In this document: positions 26,508 to 34,914 of the stretch, piece after piece | Layout of the letters: every line of letters begins with the position of its first letter | Numbering within the stretch: the stretch's first letter is position 1 | Origin: a virus | Length of the DNA stretch: 64,000 nucleotides | Strand: one strand, 5' to 3' | IMG/VR virus record: IMGVR_UViG_3300031552_000002 | Coordinates: 1-64,000 of that record | Notes under the pieces: generated by a model | Seen by the model: only the letters and a program-made list of their open reading frames with translations | Databases searched by the model: none | What the model was told of the DNA's origin: nothing | Program-made: the position numbers and the translations under genes

Positions 26508-27272
26508 ATGAAACTCCACAACGGGCCCCGCCAGACAACGGCAGAGGCAGCAGCAACCCACCTCGGAATCGACGTCAACGAAGGCGAAAAATTCTACGCC
26601 TGGGTCAACCCCGCGGACCTTGACCGGAAGGCCATCTGGGCAAACTTCAAGGGATTGCCCCACCCTGACGAGGAGCTCGTCCTCGTCGCGATCCCGGTCT
26701 TCCCCCGCTCCGCCGCCATCCGGAGCGGACGCGGCGTAGGGAACATCCCCTGCTTGCGGGTCCCGCGCGAGAAAGTCGAGAAGATCGGAACGTTCACGAT
26801 CTCCGAGGTCGTGAAGTCAGGAGCCCTAGCCCGGGTCTCCCTCAGAGGACTCAACCTCCAGGACTGGTCCGCAGCGCGCTACTGGGACAAGCGGACCTGG
26901 GACCTGTCCGGATGGTTTCTCGAAAGGGCCAGCCTCCCCGAGGCAGGACTCTCCGGGATCCCCATGATCAGGATCAACCTGGCGCGAGCGAACCTCACCG
27001 GCGCCTCCCTGAACACGGCAAACATGACAGCAGCAACACTCCGCCGGGCGAACCTGACCGGGGCCAAGCTCCGGGGATCCAACCTCACCGGCGCCGATCT
27101 GAGCGGCGCAGACCTGGCCAAGACCGATTTCCTGAACGCGAATCTGACCGGGGCCGATCTCCGATCCGCCAAGAACATCGGAGACGCGAGAGTCTCTGGA
27201 GCGAAGATCACCGGAGCGCTCATGGACGAGGGCATCCGAGAGATCCTGCTCAGCAACGGCGCGACCGAGTAA
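26508..27272 (+). CDS. pentapeptide repeat protein with unique N-terminal domain
   Basis: ANLTG/ADLSG repeats in the C-terminal half. Confidence 0.85.
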   Translation: MKLHNGPRQTTAEAAATHLGIDVNEGEKFYAWVNPADLDRKAIWANFKGLPHPDEELVLVAIPVFPRSAAIRSGRGVGNIPCLRVPREKVEKIGTFTISEVVKSGALARVSLRGLNLQDWSAARYWDKRTWDLSGWFLERASLPEAGLSGIPMIRINLARANLTGASLNTANMTAATLRRANLTGAKLRGSNLTGADLSGADLAKTDFLNANLTGADLRSAKNIGDARVSGAKITGALMDEGIREILLSNGATE

Positions 27273-27309
27273 ACAACCCCACCAGCCAGAGACCAGAGAG
27301 AGGAAACCC

Positions 27310-28419
27310 ATGAACACCACACCGGGCCCCTACGCCACCACTCGTGAGGACGGCGTCATCGTCATCGCTGATGACGCCGACTGGACCGTCCCCGGGATCC
27401 ACAACCGGTACCGGGCCGCCCTTCAGTCGGCCCTGACACGGCACGTCTGGAACTGGCAAGCGGATGGTGATGGGGGGCTGGTATCTCGTTCTGGGTGTTG
27501 GTCTCCCCGGTACGTCTGGCTCCGACAGGGAGTAGTTGCCGTTTCCTCCAAGGAGGACCCGGACTGTGTGACAGAATTCGCTATCCGTAAGTCCGAGATC
27601 GAGGCGCTGGACACCCGAGTCGAACAGATACGGCGCGCCCTCGAAGGGCTCGCCGACAACACCGCCACCGAGATCAACGGTGGAGGGGAACCGGTCAGGT
27701 CCGACGAGTACGGAGACGTCAAGCTGGACTCCGGGGAGGTCATCCCCGGTGACGGGACGTGCCCCAGTCACCTCTCAGACAAGAACTGGCCGAGGGACCT
27801 CCGGGCCCTCTCCGAGGAAAAGAGTTTCCTGGAGGAATTGGTGAGCCTCATCCCGGGGAACCTCATCCCGGGCCTGACCGCAAGGGCCGAGGCGATGCGC
27901 GCCTCGACGGCCGCCCTGGCCGAGAATCTCACCGGAATCTACCAGGAGCACCTCAGGCGCGGCCTGACCGCGACGGAAGAGACTGCCATTCGGGAAACCC
28001 CGGTGGCTGGCCATGAGCCCTGGGAAGTAGAGCTGACCGGGATCTGTGAGCTCGACGACGAGGAAACCGAACTCGCGACGCGCAAGATAATGCGTGACCG
28101 GGTAGAGGCCCTGAGGAAACGCTGCACTCCGCGCCTCACGAATGAGGAAGTTCGGCTCTACGAGGGGACCCTGAACCTGGCGTTTCCCCTGGTTGAGCAG
28201 GCCCTCGCGGTCTGTGAGGTGGACGTTCTGCGGCACCGGGATGGTGTCTGGGAGCTTGCCCGGCGCATGGTGGAGCCGGGGGAGCTGCTCGGAGAACTGG
28301 ACGACCTGGCCATGGCTCAGGTCATGCCGGTTCTGGCGCAGAAGCTGGTGTACCGGGCCATTTGGCTCGGGGTGATTGACTGGTTTCCGTCAGATCCCTG
28401 CCCTGAGGGAAACGTCTGA
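27310..28419 (+). CDS. hypothetical protein
   Basis: GAGAGG RBS; N-terminal half paralogous to 16536..17045. Confidence 0.7.
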   Translation: MNTTPGPYATTREDGVIVIADDADWTVPGIHNRYRAALQSALTRHVWNWQADGDGGLVSRSGCWSPRYVWLRQGVVAVSSKEDPDCVTEFAIRKSEIEALDTRVEQIRRALEGLADNTATEINGGGEPVRSDEYGDVKLDSGEVIPGDGTCPSHLSDKNWPRDLRALSEEKSFLEELVSLIPGNLIPGLTARAEAMRASTAALAENLTGIYQEHLRRGLTATEETAIRETPVAGHEPWEVELTGICELDDEETELATRKIMRDRVEALRKRCTPRLTNEEVRLYEGTLNLAFPLVEQALAVCEVDVLRHRDGVWELARRMVEPGELLGELDDLAMAQVMPVLAQKLVYRAIWLGVIDWFPSDPCPEGNV

Positions 28420-28522
28420 TCCGTCGTCTGTGGCCGTGCCCGACGGGTAAACGTCGCCGGCGGCCGGAGGTTGGGTCCCTGCCCTGAGGGGTGGGGGCTC
28501 TTCCTCTTTGGCGGCGCTAACG

Positions 28523-28551
28523 TTGACACACGCCACAAGACGTGACACTAT
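28523..28551 (+). promoter_or_regulatory. repeated promoter
   Basis: TTGACA-N14-TGA-CACTAT. Confidence 0.7.
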
Positions 28552-28578
28552 CTAGGCATCACATCTGAGAGGAAGCCC

Positions 28579-29286
28579 ATGAAAACATTCGCCAGGGCCG
28601 CAGCCCAGTCCCTCAACCTCGGCCCCGCCCCCCACGGATCCGTCTACGCCGTCATCCACTGCGGCGGTGACCGAATCCCCAGCGGGGAACTCGGACGCAC
28701 GCCACTCCCCCCCACCGGGGGAACCTACCCCGGGTTGCTCTGCGCCCAGAGGGATTTCGACTACAGCTGGAGTATCGGCACACCGCTGGCAGTCCTCGTC
28801 GTACCGCTGGCCAGCCCCTTCGCACCACTCGCCGATCACATGCCCGAGGAGAACATCGAGGAGAACATCGAGAAGAACATCCGGGTCGGCCGGTTCTTGT
28901 TCCTGTCCGCCGAGGTCGTCGGAGAGGTCACTTTCCACGGCGTCGCGCACTGGGGCAGCCTGGCCAACACCTACTTGACCGGTCTCATCCTGTCGGGCCT
29001 CGACCTGTCGGGCCTCGACCTGTCAGGCGCGGACCTTAGCTCGGCCAACCTCAACCGCGCGAACCTGTCCGACGCTGACCTGTCCGACGCGAACCTGTCC
29101 GGCGCGGACCTCACCGACGCAGACCTCACCGGCGCGAACCTGACCGAGGCGAACCTCACCGGCGCGGATCTGACCGACGCGATCCTGTCCGGCGTGGACC
29201 TCACCGACGCAGACCTGACAGGAGTGATCCTGACCGGGGCGGACCTCGACGGCGTCGAGGGTCTTCCCCCCATCCTGAGCATCTGA
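28579..29286 (+). CDS. pentapeptide repeat protein with unique N-terminal domain
   Basis: A(D/N)L(S/T)(D/G) repeats. Confidence 0.85.
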   Translation: MKTFARAAAQSLNLGPAPHGSVYAVIHCGGDRIPSGELGRTPLPPTGGTYPGLLCAQRDFDYSWSIGTPLAVLVVPLASPFAPLADHMPEENIEENIEKNIRVGRFLFLSAEVVGEVTFHGVAHWGSLANTYLTGLILSGLDLSGLDLSGADLSSANLNRANLSDADLSDANLSGADLTDADLTGANLTEANLTGADLTDAILSGVDLTDADLTGVILTGADLDGVEGLPPILSI

Positions 29287-29309
29287 TCCAACTAACCCAG
29301 GAGGACACC

Positions 29310-30608
29310 ATGGGCGCCCTGGACGCCATGAGCATCAGCGAGATCACCGGCATTCTGGCCAACGATTATCACCGGCCGCTGCGGGCCCTCGTCATCACCC
29401 AGGGACCCCCCGGGTGCGGGAAAACCACGTGGGCATCCCGCTACGTGGACGAGATCAACAGCACGTATAAGGAAATGGAAACGAGGGCCTTCAAGGGGCC
29501 CTCACGGGACGACCTCCGTGCTCTGCGCGGATACCCGCCCCTGGGGAACACTCAGCAGGAAAGCAAGGTGTCCCAGATCCAGAGAAAGGCCATCAGGGGA
29601 CACTTCAGCTCGTCCTGTAGCAGAAACACTATCGTCGTCATTGACGATACGAACGTCTCCACGATGGCCCTGCACAACATGAAAATCATCGCCGAGGAGA
29701 ACAACGCTTTCCTCGTGATCAAGAGATTCGAGGTCCCCCGCGAGGAATGTCTTAGGCGTTGCCGGGATCGCGGGTATCGCCCGATCTCGGCCTCGGTCTG
29801 GGATCTGATCGATTCTCGTCTTGCCGGGCTGGACAACGCCATGATCGCTGAGGCTGTCGTAACAGGTACGAAGATTCAGCTTCCGGTCGTTCTCCGGGCC
29901 CTGGACCGCGCCGGGATCGGGGTCACCGGGCCGTCCCCGGAGAAAGCCCTTGAGGTGCTGCTCTCCCTCGGCTACGGCCAGGAGGATCTCATCGAATGGT
30001 TCAACGAGCCCTGTGTTGATGACCGGGACAGCTTCGAGGAGTTCTTGTTTCTCAGGATCGGGATTGAGAGGGCACGTAAGGCCCTGGGGGCAGCACTGCC
30101 GATGGTCTCGCCGCCGTCCTGGTTCGTGGAAGCGCACCAGCGCGCACAGGCGGCTGAAGGTGATTCGGTCAGGGACGCGAGCCTTCGCGGCGTCATCAAG
30201 TGGTTCATCCCTTCGTGCCTGGAGGAGGCACGAACAGCCGTCGTCAGGATGGCGTTCGGTCTCCGGCCTGAAGTCCAGGGGCTTCGTGAGAAGCTCGACG
30301 GCTCAGAGACCGCGTGGGGGCAGCTGTGGGGACGGCCTCTCCGAGGGGCGGAGGATGACCGTCTAGCGGTTTTCGCGGTGATGGTCGTCGCAAGCGCGGA
30401 GGGTGATGCCGTCGCGTTCCGACGGAGGGTCGCGGTGGCAGCCCGGATGATCCCTCACAAGGTTGTGAGGGGCGAGGGGACGCTGCCGTCGGCCTACTGG
30501 ACGTATACGTCCAGCACCTTTTCTCCTCGGGTCTTCAGCAAGGTCGGGTCTGTGGCGGCGTGGGTCCCGCCGTGCGCTGAGGCCCTGGCCTCAGTGATCG
30601 GATGGTGA
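29310..30608 (+). CDS. PNK-type P-loop kinase domain fused to an unknown C-terminal domain
   Basis: GPPGCGKT, SRDDLR, VIDDTN, ECLRR. Confidence 0.75.
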   Translation: MGALDAMSISEITGILANDYHRPLRALVITQGPPGCGKTTWASRYVDEINSTYKEMETRAFKGPSRDDLRALRGYPPLGNTQQESKVSQIQRKAIRGHFSSSCSRNTIVVIDDTNVSTMALHNMKIIAEENNAFLVIKRFEVPREECLRRCRDRGYRPISASVWDLIDSRLAGLDNAMIAEAVVTGTKIQLPVVLRALDRAGIGVTGPSPEKALEVLLSLGYGQEDLIEWFNEPCVDDRDSFEEFLFLRIGIERARKALGAALPMVSPPSWFVEAHQRAQAAEGDSVRDASLRGVIKWFIPSCLEEARTAVVRMAFGLRPEVQGLREKLDGSETAWGQLWGRPLRGAEDDRLAVFAVMVVASAEGDAVAFRRRVAVAARMIPHKVVRGEGTLPSAYWTYTSSTFSPRVFSKVGSVAAWVPPCAEALASVIGW

Positions 30609-30690
30609 TTTCTGGGTGGGCCGGTGACACTACGGTGTCACCGGCCCACACACTACCCACAGCGCATCTCAGGGATGTACTGTGACGGGA

Positions 30691-30942
30691 GTGAAACTCT
30701 TAACGGCGCAGCAGGTCGTCGATCACCTGGAACGTCACTACGGCAGGAAAGCCCTGCCCCGCACGTGGCGGTCCTACGTCTACCGGGGAACAGCGCCACC
30801 ACCCGACGCGTACGCCACAGTCCGCGGCCTGCTGCTGGACTGGCAATCCCAAGACCTCGGCCCACGACCTACCCCCCTCTGGAGGATAGACACCGTGGAC
30901 CGGTGGGCCTCGACCCGAGAGAACACCGAGAGGACACCATGA
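30691..30942 (+). CDS. Xis/MerR-like HTH protein
   Basis: LLTAQQV..TWRSYVYRG.APPPD..PLWR..TVDRW. Confidence 0.65.
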   Translation: MKLLTAQQVVDHLERHYGRKALPRTWRSYVYRGTAPPPDAYATVRGLLLDWQSQDLGPRPTPLWRIDTVDRWASTRENTERTP

Positions 30943-31220
30943 AAACGATCCAAGTCCTACACCGGCTTCTGCCGGTACCCCGCGCCGAAACCAGCACCAC
31001 AGCTATCACAGCGGGCGACAGCCCGCCCCTGGCAGCCGGCCTCGCCGAGCTGTACGTGTGCGCGGTCCGCCGCGACTCCCACGCGCAAGCAGCAGCCGGA
31101 CGGGTCCTGGCGGAGATTTCCCAGTCCGGGACCCCGGAAGGCTCCTGGCTCTGGGAGCAGGTCCGAGCCGGTGTCACCAGCGACCTCGCCCGCCGCATCG
31201 CCGAGGGGAGGACCTCATGA
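30939..31220 (+). CDS. hypothetical protein
   Basis: GAGAGGACACC RBS; ATGA overlap. Confidence 0.55.
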   Translation: MKTIQVLHRLLPVPRAETSTTAITAGDSPPLAAGLAELYVCAVRRDSHAQAAAGRVLAEISQSGTPEGSWLWEQVRAGVTSDLARRIAEGRTS

Positions 31221-31798
31221 CAGCACCCGGGCTCCGGACCTTGACCTGCCCCGCCGCCGTCAATGCGACGGCGGGCCTGGTCCTCGCTGCCTCAGGCTCG
31301 ACCCTCATCGGCGGAGTCTGGGACCAGAATCTTTCCGTCAGACCGCAGTTGCGGTTCACGCCAGCCGGGGGCGTTTCCGAGGCGCGGCTCCTGGTTCTCG
31401 CCGCCGGAGCAGAAACAGCACACCATGACGTGCTCCTCCAGACCGTTGCTGGCCCCGTCGGGGTCGTCTTCGACGATGTCAGCAGCCGCGGTGACGCTCT
31501 GGCCGTGACGTCCAAGACCCTGGAGGAATGGAAGGCCGCGAGCGCTGCCTGTGAGGCCCTGGAAGCCGCCGGTCTGCTCTCCTGGGTCGCCCGGGTGGCT
31601 TTCGGGAGTGATTCCCGCGGCTGGGGGTGGCCTGGTCGCGCTGACGTCTCCCTCACGGTGGAGACGACCGACGGAGATGGTATCCGTGAGCGCGCCATAG
31701 AGGCCCTTACCGGGGCTGTCGGGGACTACCCGGAGGAAGACACCAGCGGGCACCACTGGCGTGTCGGTAACGTCCTGTTGCGGCTGGTGTGCCCATGA
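31217..31798 (+). CDS. hypothetical protein
   Basis: GGAGG RBS; ATGA overlap. Confidence 0.55.
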   Translation: MTAPGLRTLTCPAAVNATAGLVLAASGSTLIGGVWDQNLSVRPQLRFTPAGGVSEARLLVLAAGAETAHHDVLLQTVAGPVGVVFDDVSSRGDALAVTSKTLEEWKAASAACEALEAAGLLSWVARVAFGSDSRGWGWPGRADVSLTVETTDGDGIRERAIEALTGAVGDYPEEDTSGHHWRVGNVLLRLVCP

Positions 31799-32034
31799 AC
31801 GGCCGGGGCGTTTCCGTGAGGTCCTGCGGTGACCTGAACAGGGCTGCGGTGGCAGCGTTGAGCAGACGCGGTCAGGGGACGGCCTCCCAGGTCGCGAAAG
31901 ACGCCGGTCTCACAGAGGGTGGGGCCCTCGTCCTGCTCCGGGCCCTGGTCAGTGACGGGCTGGCGACGGCCTCTCCGACGGCGATGGGGCCCGGCCCGTA
32001 TGGCGCCGTGTTCGCCTGGGTAGGCGCGTCGTGA
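31795..32034 (+). CDS. small wHTH-like protein
   Basis: TASQVAKDAGL..LRALVSDGL. Confidence 0.5.
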   Translation: MNGRGVSVRSCGDLNRAAVAALSRRGQGTASQVAKDAGLTEGGALVLLRALVSDGLATASPTAMGPGPYGAVFAWVGAS

Positions 32035-32561
32035 CGCTGACCATCGTGGGCGTGGATCCCGGGGCGCGATGGACCGGTGTCATCGCGAGGCGGGGCCGTG
32101 ATCTGTTGCACGGTGTCGTGGTCGAGAACACGGCCGGGGACCGGGTTCCGTACGCGGTAGCAGTGTGCGCGGAGATCCGGAACGGGATCGAGATCAGCGG
32201 CGGGAATGCCGTGGTCGCGGTGGAAGACGTAAGGGCTCCCTGCCCGCACGTGAACCGCCGGAACGGGAGAGCCTTGACGAACCCGGGGCCGATCATCGAG
32301 ACCGGGGTCCTCCTCGGGTGGGTCCTAGCCACGTTCGAGGACGTCGTGGTCGTCCCACCGGGCGGGCACGGGTCGAACCCCCTCATCAGCTACCCGGGCG
32401 CCCTGGTCACGGCCAGCGAGCACGCTCACATGGTCCGCGCTAAGGCCCAGCTCAAACCAGCACCGCAAAACTCGACCCGGCGGCACCTACGGTCTGCCTG
32501 GGACATCGCGGGGACCCTCACCAGGGTCGGCCGCACACACCTAACGAGGAGGACACAGTGA
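32031..32561 (+). CDS. RuvC-like Holliday junction resolvase
   Basis: IVGVDPG..TG, VAVED, RHLRSAWDIA. Confidence 0.7.
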   Translation: MTLTIVGVDPGARWTGVIARRGRDLLHGVVVENTAGDRVPYAVAVCAEIRNGIEISGGNAVVAVEDVRAPCPHVNRRNGRALTNPGPIIETGVLLGWVLATFEDVVVVPPGGHGSNPLISYPGALVTASEHAHMVRAKAQLKPAPQNSTRRHLRSAWDIAGTLTRVGRTHLTRRTQ

Positions 32562-32989
32562 GTTACTGGGTTGTGGATGTTGACGGGACTCTCGCAATCA
32601 GGTGCCCGGGGGGGCGTGGTCCCTACGAGGAGGACCGGGTGTGGGAAGACCTCCCTAACCTGCCAGTCATTGAGATTGTCCAGGCTCTCAGGGCGGCAGG
32701 GCACCTGATCATTATCGTGTCCGGGCGGCAGGACTCCTGTAAGGAAGAAACTGAGGCGTGGCTGGCGAGACACAGAGTGCAATACAACTCGGTATACATG
32801 CGGAAGGCCGGAGACCGTAGGCATGACTACGAGGTGAAGGGGGAGATCCTAGAAAAGATCTTCCGGGATCACCCGCTGATCGGTGACCCGCAGGACAACC
32901 TGCGAGTCCTGGATGACCGTGATCAATGCGTACGGCTGTGGCGCGACTGTGGCCTGTTCTGCGCTCAGGTCGCGCCGGGGGACTTCTGA
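32558..32989 (+). CDS. PNKP-type HAD 3'-phosphatase
   Basis: DVDGTLA, SGR, MRKAGDRR.D..VK, DDR. Confidence 0.85.
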   Translation: MSYWVVDVDGTLAIRCPGGRGPYEEDRVWEDLPNLPVIEIVQALRAAGHLIIIVSGRQDSCKEETEAWLARHRVQYNSVYMRKAGDRRHDYEVKGEILEKIFRDHPLIGDPQDNLRVLDDRDQCVRLWRDCGLFCAQVAPGDF

Positions 32990-33414
32990 TGCCGGGGGAA
33001 TTCGCGGCAGTGTTCGTGGCCCTGTGGGTCGGGCACCAGGTTGGCGACCACTGGGCCCAGACCGGTCCTCAAGTGATGAAGAAAGGGCTACCGGGGTGGG
33101 TCGGGCGGTTGGCGTGCAGCAGGCACGTCCTGTCTCTGACGCTGGTGAAGGGTGTCGCGCTGGTCGCGGTCTCCGTTGCCACTGGGTGGCGTCCTGGCCT
33201 GGTGGGGCTGGTGGCTGGTCTGAGCATCGACGCCGTATCCCACTGGTGGGCTGACCGGCGCAGCACGCTGCGGTGGCTGGCCGCTGTCATGGGTAAGGGG
33301 CGGTTCTCCAGGCTGGGGGACCCTATCGCTGCCCCGTGCGGTACTGGGGCCTATGCCCTTGACCAGAGCTGGCACGGATTGTGGATGTTCCTGGCAGCCC
33401 TCATCATCAGCTAG
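32989..33414 (+). CDS. DUF3307-like membrane protein
   Basis: HQVGDHWAQ, SHWWADRR, DQSWH. Confidence 0.75.
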   Translation: MPGEFAAVFVALWVGHQVGDHWAQTGPQVMKKGLPGWVGRLACSRHVLSLTLVKGVALVAVSVATGWRPGLVGLVAGLSIDAVSHWWADRRSTLRWLAAVMGKGRFSRLGDPIAAPCGTGAYALDQSWHGLWMFLAALIIS

Positions 33415-33485
33415 CTGTCGCCCGCGGCCGTACTCGACAGGTCCGCGCCTGGCCCCAGGGTGGGGCCTGCACGGTGCAACAGGAG

Positions 33486-33520
33486 CGGCCCCACTCCCCG
33501 TGACGGGGGGAGTGGGGCCG
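33486..33520. terminator. hairpin between convergent units
   Basis: CGGCCCCACTCCCC / GGGGAGTGGGGCCG followed by TTT. Confidence 0.65.
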
Positions 33521-33581
33521 TTTCTCATCCCGTCCAGGTGAGTGCCCAGGCGCTCGGGCACTCACCTGCCCGCCCCGGATC

Positions 33582-34121
33582 CTATCGGTGCTGGGCTTGG
33601 ACCCTTCGTGATCGTGCGCGTGCCTCGTGGAGGTCTACTGCTGCCGACGGCTGGTCCAGGGGCAGGACACCGGTGATATCGAGGCCGGTCAGGTCAGTGC
33701 CCGGCTGGAGGTCCTCCCAGCACCGGGGGCACCATCCCTGCGCCTGGTGGTCAGGCTCATGTGCTGCCCAGGTGAGGACGGTTACGGGGCCTAGGATTCC
33801 CCGGCACCGCTGGCAGGTCAACCACTGGCCTCGGCTGTCCCAAGAGATCCGCGCGGCTTCTGCTGTGGTGATGGGCCGGGGCGGTTCCAGGTGTCTTGCG
33901 CCGTTGTTCCACCAGAGCAGTCCGGTCTCGGTGTGTTCCGGACAGAGGACGTCCGGTGAGGGGTAGGGGGACTCTGCTTCGATGGTGGCTATGGTCTGCG
34001 CGTCGCAGCCGGGGTGGGTGCAGGTGGCGTGCTGGGTGGGGCCGTTGGCGTGGCGTGCTGCGGGGTTGGTTGTCCAGTCCCGGAGGGCATCTGTGAGCGC
34101 GAGCCAGAGACGGGCGTACAT
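33582..34121 (-). CDS. Cys-containing hypothetical protein
   Basis: CTHPGC, CPEH, CQRC, CPRC. Confidence 0.55.
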   Translation of the reverse strand: MYARLWLALTDALRDWTTNPAARHANGPTQHATCTHPGCDAQTIATIEAESPYPSPDVLCPEHTETGLLWWNNGARHLEPPRPITTAEAARISWDSRGQWLTCQRCRGILGPVTVLTWAAHEPDHQAQGWCPRCWEDLQPGTDLTGLDITGVLPLDQPSAAVDLHEARARSRRVQAQHR

Positions 34122-34139
34122 GGATCTACTAGTAGCAGA

Positions 34140-34179
34140 CCGTAGGCCCTGCCCCGGGATGCTGGGGCAGGGCCTACGG
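34140..34179 (-). terminator. hairpin homologous to 12405..12444
   Basis: Same AGCATCCC loop with compensatory stem changes. Confidence 0.7.
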
Positions 34180-34196
34180 CGTGCTGGTTAGACGTG

Positions 34197-34508
34197 CTAC
34201 TGCTTGGTGACGTCGAGGGCGATTTTTTCCAGGCTGACCGTGTCGAGGGCTTCGTTGATGATGGTGATGAGGTCGCTGTCAGCGGCCTGGTTGTCCTCGC
34301 TGGTGGTGAAGATCTCTTCCCAGGCGCAGAAGAAAATACCGTCCTTGGCGAGCTGCGCCTGGAGGGCTTCCCGGTAGGTGATGGTGATGGTTCTCCGTGC
34401 GTCGTCGGAGAGTCCGGGGAGGTCGGCGATGACTTCGTCAACGTAGCTGGTGAAGTCGTGGGTGGGGTAAAGCTCATCCCAGTTGCAGATCTCTCGGGTG
34501 GCGCCCAT
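34197..34508 (-). CDS. acidic hypothetical protein, paralogue of 12036..12395
   Basis: MGATREICNW; GAGGAGGACACC RBS. Confidence 0.7.
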   Translation of the reverse strand: MGATREICNWDELYPTHDFTSYVDEVIADLPGLSDDARRTITITYREALQAQLAKDGIFFCAWEEIFTTSEDNQAADSDLITIINEALDTVSLEKIALDVTKQ

Positions 34509-34584
34509 GGTGTCCTCCTCGTTTGCTGATGTCCATATAGCGTGGTGTGTGTCAACAGGGTAGGCAATACATCCCCTGCCTTGC

Positions 34585-34758
34585 TCAGCCGTCCGAGAGC
34601 TCCGGGCGGTGGCCCTCCTCGTAAGACGAGGTCCACTGGGCGCCGCAGGAGTCACATTCGAATAGGCCAGAGTCGAAGGTGATCTTCCCCTCGCAATCCA
34701 ACGCCGGGCACAAATCTTCGTCATCCCAGTCGAGCGCTGGCACGACGCCGGGCCACAT
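34585..34758 (-). CDS. small Zn-ribbon protein
   Basis: CPALDC..CDSC; TAATG overlap with a 24-codon MNATR ORF at 34758..34832. Confidence 0.5.
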   Translation of the reverse strand: MWPGVVPALDWDDEDLCPALDCEGKITFDSGLFECDSCGAQWTSSYEEGHRPELSDG

Positions 34759-34871
34759 TACGAGTCCTTCACGGCGTCGCTGCCGACGCTGGGCCGCGGT
34801 CTGGTGAGTTCGTCGTCTCGGGTGGCGTTCATGGCGTCCTCCTGGCGTTCTGACAATTACCTGACATCCAC

Positions 34872-34900
34872 ATACTGTCACAACGTGGTGTGTGTGTCAA
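34872..34900 (-). promoter_or_regulatory. repeated promoter
   Basis: TTGACA-N14-TGA-CAGTAT followed by GTGGATGTCA. Confidence 0.75.
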
Positions 34901-34914
34901 CTCTGAACAACCAA

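Noticed and set aside
10748-29286. Diversity-generating retroelement among the paralogue pairs
   Set aside because: No reverse transcriptase in the window and no adenine-specific differences noticed.
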